Sequence record: MN159079.1
Length of the DNA stretch: 64,000 nucleotides
Reading direction: 5' to 3' (one strand)
Shown: in pieces, positions 38,706-47,566 of the stretch
How positions within the stretch are numbered: the first letter of the stretch is position 1
Layout: the number at the start of each line of letters is the position of its first letter
The notes under the pieces: generated by a model
The model's input: only the letters and a program-made list of their open reading frames with translations
What the model was told of the DNA's origin: nothing
Database searches by the model: none
Position numbers and translations under genes: made by a program

Positions 38706-38936
38706 ATGTCTATTCTGGAAATGATCGCACTGGCTTGCAGCCTGTTTGTCATCGCTGTGTCGTTCATCGCGATATACCATATCAACAGAATGAAGAACCT
38801 CTGCTACAACGATTACGTTGTTCGTGGCGAGATCTGGAGGGTCAGACTGGTGGCTTGGTCCATCAATGCGTTCCTTCTGATCAGTGTTCTCAGACTGGTC
38901 ATGTCGATTTGGATCTATTTCAGCAAAATGTTCTGA
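38706..38936 (+). CDS. Two-TM membrane protein
   Basis: AAGGAG RBS; MIALACSLFVIAVSFIAIY and LVAWSINAFLLISVLRLVMSIWIYF. Confidence 0.7.
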   Translation: MSILEMIALACSLFVIAVSFIAIYHINRMKNLCYNDYVVRGEIWRVRLVAWSINAFLLISVLRLVMSIWIYFSKMF

Positions 38937-39012
38937 TCTATATTTTCTTACCTAGACATCATTGTTATGTCAATGAGTAGAAGTATCCATCCATAAACAA
39001 AGGAATAATACC

Positions 39013-39834
39013 ATGAAAACTCTGCCTAATGAATTCCTGAAAGTAAACCCGATCGCAAGCCAAGTCATCCCGCTCTACTTTGAAGATGCGTGGAACATGA
39101 ACTCCCAGGGTTCTTGGAAGATCAATGGACGTCATGACGATGTCGGTTACGACGTCGAGATCGTTCACGCCCTGGGCTCTGTAATCGTCCGTGGGACGTT
39201 TGGACACAATGTTGGTGTCATCACCATGCCCCGGAACAACATGGCTAAAATGGCCATTGGAGAGACTATGGTGCAGGCAGTTGTCAATCTCGACAACTCA
39301 CGTCTCTGTACCGAAGCCAACCCCCAGTCCAAAGATAAGATCCTGGCTCTGTTCGACGCCGCGTTCTCCCGGGCCAAGCGCGAGGTCAACTACTTCAAAG
39401 CAAGTAACGCCGGCTACAAGGGTGCTGATCTGATGCGTCAAGCCGAGTTCATCGGCTTGGGTGCGATTCTGACCCGACTGATTGCGAACCGGAAGATCTC
39501 CATGGGTGACTTCGAAGTACTCACCATGAGTGGTTGGGAGATTGATTTCGATCGCATGACCGAAATCAACGAAGGCAAAGTTGGTCTCTTCGATGCCCCG
39601 GCTATCATCCTTCGTTCGACCGCGAAGGTGGATATCCACGTCACTCTCAAGGCGACAGGTACTATTATAGTCTCCTTGATAGAACAGGCTGAAGGTGAGG
39701 TCATTCACCGGACAACTCTCCCCATGGGAGTATGTGATCAGATCACCGGTACTCATTCCTCGTTGAATGAGAACTGCACCAGCATGTTCGTGGAACTCTC
39801 CAAGTATATTTTAGGGGGTAAGAACAGGAGTTAA
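39013..39834 (+). CDS. Hypothetical protein
   Basis: AAGGA RBS, 273 aa, strongly biased codons. Confidence 0.75.
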   Translation: MKTLPNEFLKVNPIASQVIPLYFEDAWNMNSQGSWKINGRHDDVGYDVEIVHALGSVIVRGTFGHNVGVITMPRNNMAKMAIGETMVQAVVNLDNSRLCTEANPQSKDKILALFDAAFSRAKREVNYFKASNAGYKGADLMRQAEFIGLGAILTRLIANRKISMGDFEVLTMSGWEIDFDRMTEINEGKVGLFDAPAIILRSTAKVDIHVTLKATGTIIVSLIEQAEGEVIHRTTLPMGVCDQITGTHSSLNENCTSMFVELSKYILGGKNRS

Positions 39835-39836
39835 CC

Positions 39837-40205
39837 GTGAAACCCATCAGGATCAATCCGAGAGCTCAAGCGATTAACGTGGACTACCTGCCCACGCCAA
39901 AGCAATTGGAAGAATGGCACGATGAAGATGCGGTCATTAATCATCTAGCCAAGAAAGTATTAACAAAGTGGTATCAAGTACCTGCCAATAAGGTAGAGAA
40001 AGATAAAGCATTGTTATTCCTTCCGCAGGGTAAGTTGTACGACACACTTATTCCGAAGATGGGAATCAACAAGAGGGATGCGTTTAACCATATGGTGATC
40101 GTCCATGGGATGACAGAACCTGGTTCTCTGCAACTTCACTTGATGATGTACTTTCTTTGTAAGTGGTTCACCAAGAGTTCTCTAAGAACTTATTCTGAAG
40201 CCTAA
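39837..40205 (+). CDS. Hypothetical protein
   Basis: GTG start, AGGAG RBS. Confidence 0.65.
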   Translation: MKPIRINPRAQAINVDYLPTPKQLEEWHDEDAVINHLAKKVLTKWYQVPANKVEKDKALLFLPQGKLYDTLIPKMGINKRDAFNHMVIVHGMTEPGSLQLHLMMYFLCKWFTKSSLRTYSEA

Positions 40206-40207
40206 TA

Positions 40208-40238
40208 ACTCTCTGTCACCCAATGGGTGACAGAGAGT
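40208..40238. terminator. Bidirectional terminator
   Basis: actctctgtcaccc-aat-gggtgacagagagt. Confidence 0.8.
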
Positions 40239-40241
40239 TTA

Positions 40242-40523
40242 CTATTTATTATTTCTTTTGGTCATCGGAATGACAACAGGGCGTTTATAGTTGTCATCAC
40301 TACGATAGATCTGGAGATAAATTAATTCATCATCCCCAGTGGGTTCAGCGGCGACCCTAAAGGGGTAAAAGGTCAAACTGTCTTTGCCTTGGGTAAGGTT
40401 AGTGTAATAACCATCTATTGTCCCAGCCAGGTATGTCTTAGCTAAACCAGTGGAAATGTCCGTATATGGGATGGGACGTTCCTTTCTATTTATGTGTAGC
40501 CCGAAATTAGGCATGGGATTCAA
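40242..40523 (-). CDS. Hypothetical protein
   Basis: Isolated minus-strand ORF between a terminator and a promoter motif. Confidence 0.55.
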   Translation of the reverse strand: MNPMPNFGLHINRKERPIPYTDISTGLAKTYLAGTIDGYYTNLTQGKDSLTFYPFRVAAEPTGDDELIYLQIYRSDDNYKRPVVIPMTKRNNK

Positions 40524-40548
40524 CGTTAAAAATTAATATGGAAATGAA

Positions 40549-40572
40549 TTCAGACATATATAATTACAGTGT
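40549..40572 (+). promoter_or_regulatory. Recurring promoter-like motif, copy 5
   Basis: ttcagacatatataattacagtgt, about 76 nt upstream of the autotransporter start. Confidence 0.55.
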
Positions 40573-40648
40573 AAGCACATAAGGTGTTTATTCACTGATT
40601 AATTAATTATGTGGTCGCTAATGACCAACCTTTAACAGAGGAATAAAT

Positions 40649-43600
40649 ATGAAACTGTCTAACATCGCAATGATTATCGGGGCCGCTTTCGCCTCAGTGT
40701 CCTTCACCGCTTCGGCGGTAAAAGACCCGAACAAATACGGTCAAGATAACCACTACATCATGCTGGACATTATGCAAGTGGAAAGCGAGGTTAACTCCCT
40801 CGAATGGAAAATGGACAACCAAAAGGTTGACCTGTCCAATCTGACTGGTCGTGTCGATACCAATGAAGCGGATATCGCTGAACTCAAGCAAACCGCTGAT
40901 CAGGTTGATGGTGTGATCAATTATGTCACCAACAACCGTGAAGAGATCCAGGCCAAGTTCCAAAAGGAAGTTAACAACAGTGTGAATAACTACGTTGTTA
41001 ACAACCAGGCTGGTTTCGATGCTCACATTCAGAAGGTTGTAGAAGGAACCATGGCCGACAACCCCGCTGTCGATCTGGATCCGATCAATCAACAACTCGC
41101 TCAGAACTCCAAGGACATCGAACGTCAGGAAAAACTCATCCGTGATGAGAAATCCAAGATGGATGGCGTATCCACCATCATGTTCGGTGGTAAAGCCACC
41201 ACCAATGAAAACGGTACGTTCGTTGGATTCCAGCGTGAAGAAAGTGGCCAGCTGGTAGTCGGTCCTAACGGTGAACTCTACGGTTACAAAGAGAACGCTG
41301 GTCTGTACGGTCGCTACCGTCTCTTCGAAGACGCCACTAATGCAGAGTTGGGTCGCCTGGATAAGGTGAAAGCCAATAAGGACGATCTCATCGCTCTGGA
41401 TAGCCGGGTTGAAGTTGTTGAAGGTGATGTTGCTGTGATCAATGGCAAGATCGAAAAGGTTGAACGTGTTGGAGGTAAAATTGCTGCCAATGTTGACGTT
41501 ATCGTTGACAAGGGTAACAGTGTTATCGAAGGTGCTAAGACCAGCATCAACAACAGCATCGACAACAAGATCGAAATCGCCAAGGGTGAAGTTAATACCC
41601 AGATCGACAACTCCATCACTAACATTGTGAACGGTGGTAACACCGAGATCAATGCCAAGTGGGAAGGTGCCAAGGCCACCGCTAACGATTTCGACGAGCG
41701 GATCACCGCTAACAAGAATCGTATCGATGACCAAGCCGGTCGTATTGGTAAGGTTGAAGATCTCAGTGCTCAGAACGCCAAAGATGTCAAAGCAGCTAAC
41801 AAAGAACTTGTCCGTCTGGACAATGTCAAAGCTGACAAGACTGACCTGGACGCTCTGGGTGGTCGTGTTGACGTAATCGAAGGTGACGTAGCCACCATCA
41901 ATGGTAAGATCGAGAAGGTTGAAGGTAACAAAGACCTGATCATCTCCAAGGTTGGCGATGCGTACACCAATGTACGTACCGACATCACCAACGAGATCAA
42001 CAGCACTGTAACCGGTGCAATTGATGTTGCGATTGACAATGCCAAAACCACTGTGAACAACAAGTGGGAAGAAAACAAAGGTGATATCGTTGCCAATGTT
42101 AACGGCAAAGTCGAGAACATCCAAAATGACATCACCAACAACGTGATGAACCAAATTGGTGACATCGTAATTGATGGTAACAGCGAAACCGTTATCAACA
42201 TCAAGAACGACATTACCAAGGATGTAACCAACCAACTCAAACTCGATGGCAAGGGCGTTGCTCTGAACATCAAGAAAGAGATTCAGGAAGGTAACAACGA
42301 CATCTACAACAACATCTCCGGTAAGATCGAAGGTAAGTTCGATGATCAGTACGCTACCCTGGTAGCTATGGGTCAGGCTGAATCCGATCGTCTGGAAGCT
42401 AAGAAGGCTGACAAAGCAGATCTCGATGCCGCTGTACAAGCTGGTAAAGATGAAGCTGCCAACATCAATGCTTCTATTGGTGCAATGGGTGACCGTGTAA
42501 CCAATGTTGAAGGTGACGTGTCCAACATCAAGCAGGATGTAACTAACATCCAAGGTGATATCACCACTATCCAAGGTGACGTTGCTAACATCAACGGCAA
42601 AATCTCTTACGTCGAAAACAACAGCCAGGAAATCATCAACAAGGCTGGTGCTGCTGTAGACGCCAAGATCGATGTTGCTTACGAAGGTGCCAAGACCGAA
42701 GTGACCAATCTGTACGACAATGCTCGTACCGAAATCACTAACGAAATTGACAACGCCGTAAACGTTGCTGTGGAAGGTGCTCGTACTGAAGTTAACAACA
42801 AGTACGAAACCATCAAGAACGAAGTCGTTAACGGTGATAACAACACCTACAATTCCATCAAGGCTGACATCAGCAAAGATGTGAAGAACGAAATCGTCAA
42901 CAACATCACTGAAGGTAACAATACCGTTGTAAACGAAATCAAAGATGGTCTGGTTGAAGAAATCCGCGAAGAAGGTAAAACTGTCGTAGTGGATCTCCAA
43001 GACCAAATCGATGCGGCTAACGCACGTATCGATGTACAGACCGGTCGTGGTGAGCAGGCTTGGGCTTCCTATCAAGAAGACCGTGCGTATGCCACCCAGC
43101 AGTATACCCAGGATCGTCAAGTTGCCGTAACCACTTACAACAACGCCCGCGTTGAAGCTGAAAGTGCTTATGTTACTATGGATGATAAGAAAGCCGACAA
43201 GTCCGATCTGGATGTATTGAATGACAAAATCGATGGTGTCGCTGCCAACGGTAAAACCGACGAAGAAATCAAGGCTATCGCAGACCAAGCTGCTGCTGAC
43301 GCTGTAAACAATGCCAAGAAAGAAGTCGTCGTGGCTGTTAAAGACAAAGCTCCTGTAGTTAACGAAGCTGTAACCGCTGCTAAGACCGAAGCTAAGAAGC
43401 AGGTACAAGCTAGCATTGATGCGTCCATCTCCAAAGCGAAAGCCGCCGCTAAAGACCAAGCTGGTCAGGCTGTTGCTGCTGCTAAAGAGAAAGCACGTGC
43501 TGAGCTGGCCGCTGCCATGCCTGAGCTGAAAGGTAAAGCAGAAGTTGTTCGTACCGAAGCTGTTGAAACCCGCAAGCGTGCTGACCTGGCCCTGAAAGCC

Positions 43601-43966
43601 ACCCAGGACAACCACACTGCAATTCAACAAGAGCGTGCTGATCGTATCCAAGGTCAGCGTGAGACTCTGCAATCTGCCAACAACTACACTGATCAGAAAG
43701 TTGAACAACTGCGTGGTGAAGTCGAGCATAACCGTCGTAAGGCTGCCGCTGGTATCGCTGGCGTGGCTGCAATGACCAACATCCCGACTATCTCCCAAGG
43801 TAAGAACTTCGCGATTGGTGCTGGTATGGGTTACTACGATGGCGAGCAATCCCTGGCTATCGGTTCCCAAGGTCGTTTCAACGAGAACCTCACTGGTAAA
43901 GCAACTATCTCCACCGACTTCCACGGCAACACTGTAATTGGTGCTGGCGTAGGTTTCGAGTGGTAA
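40649..43966 (+). CDS. Trimeric autotransporter adhesin (type Vc) with YadA-type membrane anchor
   Basis: Sec signal peptide ending TASA-V; ~1000 aa Asn-rich coiled coil; C-terminal AAAGIAGVAAMTNIP...AIGAGMGYYDGEQSLAIG...TVIGAGVGFEW; GAGGA RBS. Confidence 0.92.
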   Translation: MKLSNIAMIIGAAFASVSFTASAVKDPNKYGQDNHYIMLDIMQVESEVNSLEWKMDNQKVDLSNLTGRVDTNEADIAELKQTADQVDGVINYVTNNREEIQAKFQKEVNNSVNNYVVNNQAGFDAHIQKVVEGTMADNPAVDLDPINQQLAQNSKDIERQEKLIRDEKSKMDGVSTIMFGGKATTNENGTFVGFQREESGQLVVGPNGELYGYKENAGLYGRYRLFEDATNAELGRLDKVKANKDDLIALDSRVEVVEGDVAVINGKIEKVERVGGKIAANVDVIVDKGNSVIEGAKTSINNSIDNKIEIAKGEVNTQIDNSITNIVNGGNTEINAKWEGAKATANDFDERITANKNRIDDQAGRIGKVEDLSAQNAKDVKAANKELVRLDNVKADKTDLDALGGRVDVIEGDVATINGKIEKVEGNKDLIISKVGDAYTNVRTDITNEINSTVTGAIDVAIDNAKTTVNNKWEENKGDIVANVNGKVENIQNDITNNVMNQIGDIVIDGNSETVINIKNDITKDVTNQLKLDGKGVALNIKKEIQEGNNDIYNNISGKIEGKFDDQYATLVAMGQAESDRLEAKKADKADLDAAVQAGKDEAANINASIGAMGDRVTNVEGDVSNIKQDVTNIQGDITTIQGDVANINGKISYVENNSQEIINKAGAAVDAKIDVAYEGAKTEVTNLYDNARTEITNEIDNAVNVAVEGARTEVNNKYETIKNEVVNGDNNTYNSIKADISKDVKNEIVNNITEGNNTVVNEIKDGLVEEIREEGKTVVVDLQDQIDAANARIDVQTGRGEQAWASYQEDRAYATQQYTQDRQVAVTTYNNARVEAESAYVTMDDKKADKSDLDVLNDKIDGVAANGKTDEEIKAIADQAAADAVNNAKKEVVVAVKDKAPVVNEAVTAAKTEAKKQVQASIDASISKAKAAAKDQAGQAVAAAKEKARAELAAAMPELKGKAEVVRTEAVETRKRADLALKATQDNHTAIQQERADRIQGQRETLQSANNYTDQKVEQLRGEVEHNRRKAAAGIAGVAAMTNIPTISQGKNFAIGAGMGYYDGEQSLAIGSQGRFNENLTGKATISTDFHGNTVIGAGVGFEW

Positions 43967-43982
43967 CGTAATAAAGTGATAA

Positions 43983-44014
43983 ACTCCTACCTCCCTTAAC
44001 GGGGAGGTAGGAGT
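43983..44014. terminator. Bidirectional terminator
   Basis: actcctacctccc stem paired with gggaggtaggagt, between convergent genes. Confidence 0.8.
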
Positions 44015-44038
44015 TCTTTATATCACTTATTTTTTTTG

Positions 44039-47000
44039 TTACTTGACCATTTTGATCGGAACAGTTACACGCCAATCCTTGGTTCTGAGAGCTGTTTCTT
44101 GATCAGTGAATGTGAAAGACACGTCTCCTGTACCAGCCTCACCTGTGGATGTGACCGTCATGGTTGTGTACCCGGAAGGATCCGGCTCACCAGTGATCTG
44201 TCCGACACTCTGGAAGAATCGATCATTCTTGACGACATCCTTAGTGATGCTACCCTTCATAACCTTGAATTGTCCAGACCAGCGATCCTGTCTCAGTACA
44301 AACTTAACCGTGGACGTTGCGTTATTAACCGCAGTGCCCTCTGACACGTTGAGTACGTCAACAGGTTGTTCAGGACAGACATACGTTCCTTCACACCTGA
44401 CGCTAAACTGTCGTTTGGCGATGGTCACGACAAGTTCCGGCCAGAACTCTCCACCAAGATGTGTGGTGCTAATCGAGAGATAATAAACACCAGGATCCAG
44501 TGCCGGATCGTGGATGAGCATGTTAGAATAACCCTGGGTCGCAGGGAGTCCCGGATCTTTATTCTTGATGCTCAACGTGTAGAACGTAGCACCCTGTAGT
44601 GGTTCACCATCTACCTCAATACGACACTTCATCCGTTGCATCTTGATAGGAACTATTCCTTCGCTGTCAGGATACAGGACCAGATCAGTGATGGGTGGTC
44701 GTGCCATAGCGATGTTACCAACAACACTGTGCGTCGTTACTTTACCATCTGGCGCGGTGTAGGTTGCATGAATGGTAAACGGTATGTCGTCGGTGCTGAA
44801 GTAGGCGTCACGGTTAGTGAAGAACAGAAGTCCATTCGCATCAGTGCCGCGTTTCTCCATTGCGGTCTGATTAACAACCCCTTCCCAAGACTTGTCAAAA
44901 GTAACTTCGATTTGGACATTGGGATCGTCAATAGCTACTGGCTTATCGTCGTAAGAAAGTGTCATAGGCATACTTTCTACTTCGAACGGCTGCCAGTTCA
45001 ACAACGCTTGGTGGGTGATAAGGATATTCTCATCAGCTTTCACTGTAGAGTCTATTGTTACCTTAGCCACCTGTGCTTCTGTAGGTGTTGTGATATCGTT
45101 CCTTGTAAACGCCACTACGTTCTTGTGGGATCCAGGCGCGATCATCTTCCAAGGAAGATCAAGGCTCTTCCCAGTGACATTTTCGGGAATACCAATCTGT
45201 ACACCGCCGGTGGTCGTAGTGAAAGCGGGAACTGTCTTGTGGTTATCCGTGAAACGGGTCTCATCATTCCACAATGCAAATGACACCACACCCTTATCAT
45301 CACGTTTACCGTCAAGAGTGAACTGATTAGGCATCGCCAGGAAATCAGGACCGTCGTAAGGCTTGAGAGTGAACTTCTTGGTGTACGAGAAACGACGCCA
45401 GCCATTATCGACACCAATAGCCATATCAAACTTTACATCTACCACCTTTTCCTCGGTTACTTTCTTGATGTAGAGCCAAGCTGTTTTATCCCAGGTATAA
45501 GGATCGATATGCTTCACGACTTCTTTACCAGGCGTGGTAACAAAGTCAATCAAGACATCTCTTGTCCGTTCTTCGCCGTTCACCAATACCTTAACTGGGA
45601 GGCCACCACCATCATAACCNNNNNNNNNNNNNNNNNNNNNNNNNNNNNNNNNNNNNNNNNNNNNNNNNNNNNNNNNNNNNNNNNNNNNNNNNNNNNNNNN
45701 NNNNNNNNNNNNNNNNNNCAGGTATAAGGATCGATATGCTTCACGACTTCTTTACCAGGCGTGGTAACAAAGTCAATCAAGACATCTCTTGTCCGTTCTT
45801 CGCCGTTCACCAATACCTTAACTGGGAGGCCACCACCATCATAACGATTTGCAATAATGTTTTCGCCGGACAGAGGGACAACAGAGATAACGGAATCTTT
45901 AACGATGTTGGGATAGACGTAAAGTTGGTCCCACCAAATCGTTCCCTGAGGAGATACATAGTGGCTCTTGAATCCAACTGTGTCGGTCACCATCACACCA
46001 GGCTGACCAGAGTCTCTGATCACTTCATAGAACAACCGGTTAGGTTCGGCGCGAGTTAACTGGATGAGCTTCTTGGGTCCCAATTCTTCACCAACTGGGA
46101 AATCCATGTCCTCAGTAGGAATGTTCTTCCCACCAATCGCAGCGATATAGTTGGTGTAAAGTGTTTCCCCTTTCTTACCTGTTAGTCCGTTAGGATCCAA
46201 CTTAACTTGGGTGAGTCTTCCGTAACCAGGAATAGCCTTGGTGATTTCCAGATCAATGAAACACTTGGCCGTGTAAACCTCGGTGAGGACTGTATGACGG
46301 AACGTCCCTATCAACAGGTCTAACAACACCCCGTCTGTGACAGCGTTGGTAATCGGTCCTGTATAGAGGACACCGCCCTTGTACTCTCCCTTGGACCGAA
46401 CACTTACGCCGTGGAGCATGGATGTCATGTATTCCGGGATAGTTGCCAGTTTAATGGGCTCGCCTTTAAACTTCGCCTTCACCACGATGCCTAGTTCGGC
46501 ACCGGTTGGTGCGTTAATAAGCAACGGATATCCGTAGAGCGTTAAATCAGAAGGAGTGTCTTTCTGGATTTTCACGGTCATCTTTGCGGTGGTGTCGTAG
46601 TCGAATCCACCAGAGCTATGAATCATGTTTACTTGGATTTCCTCAATGAAATCTTCAGTAGCTGATCCACGGAATGCCTTGATCACCATTTCCAGTTTGT
46701 TATCAGTGCGCTCGATGACCAATCGGTCAGACGGACTAAACGTCATGTCTACAAGAGTGGTAACGTCCACGTCACCAATGGTGAGCTTGAGATTATGCCT
46801 GACCTCTTGTCCACGCTGGATGTTGACGTTCTTGGGGATGTTGTGTTGTATGTCATTTAGACCCAACTCTTCCCGGATTAGTTCACTTACGTAGATGATG
46901 ACATTCTCGCTCCCGATCGCTTCGTCTGTTACCTTTACGGTTCCAGAGGTAAACGTGTTGGGATCGATGTCAGTGGCGTTCTTCCTCGATAACTCCATCG

Positions 47001-47475
47001 ATTTAAAGAAGATATCTCCAAAGAGATCATTAATCGCTTGGAGATCATTCAGTTGGCGATTGGGTAAACACACCCCGATTGAATTACGCCAGGCCAAGAA
47101 CAGCACTTTACCCTGGACGGTACCGCGTTTAAAACCTTCAATGAAATCTTCGAAGGTCATAACCACTTCTACCGCGACACCAAAGTCCGTGAGAACGTCT
47201 CTGAGCGATACTTGTTCCAGCTCCAGGTCAACCCTCGCAAAGTTACGAGAACGTCGTGTAAGGCACACACGTTTGACATTATCAGGTCCTGTATGGACTC
47301 GTTCAATGATAAAGTCTTCTGCTTTCATTCCACTGTAACGAACATCGGCAAGTTGACGGTCAACTATGTCACCCTGTTCTGTTACGAGTTCATGTCGTTT
47401 CCGGAGGAAACGTTTAACAGGTGAATACAATGGGTCTTTTACCCATCGTGGAAACACCTTGCTTTCTTCTGCCAT
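44039..47475 (-). CDS. Large virion/surface protein, paralogue 1 of a four-gene family; one gene interrupted by an N-gap (at least ~1069 aa)
   Basis: Tracked ORFs 45580-47499 and 44039-45586 overlap through a duplicated 127-nt segment; removing 45619-45845 (227 nt) gives a single open frame. Start at MAEESK with AAGGGG RBS. Confidence 0.7.
45492..45845. other. Assembly gap (99 N) flanked by an identical 127-nt direct duplication
   Basis: 45492-45618 equals 45719-45845; one extra C at 45619; Ns at 45620-45718. Confidence 0.9.
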
Positions 47476-47523
47476 AACTATACCCCTTATTGTCGTCATA
47501 GCATTTGAGAATAAACAAAATAA

Positions 47524-47553
47524 AGAGAACCCTACCTTTCGGTAGGGTTCTCT
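47524..47553 (-). terminator. Intrinsic terminator for the 2794-aa gene
   Basis: agagaaccctacc-tttc-ggtagggttctct with an A-tract on the left (U-tract on the minus strand). Confidence 0.8.
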
Positions 47554-47566
47554 AATGACTTATTGT

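Noticed and set aside
38935-38990. Possible sixth promoter-motif copy (cctagacatcattgttatgtcaatgagt), and a weak one at about 26025
   Set aside because: Too many mismatches and altered spacing to support without TSS data.
40694-43924. 1076-aa antisense ORF opposite the autotransporter
   Set aside because: It is the codon-aligned mirror of a strongly biased gene that rarely uses TTA/CTA/TCA, so antisense stops are absent; no RBS or sensible composition.
44039-47499. Two separate genes or a frameshifted pseudogene (44039-45586 and 45580-47499)
   Set aside because: The break coincides with an N-gap and a 127-nt overlap; collapsing it restores one frame.
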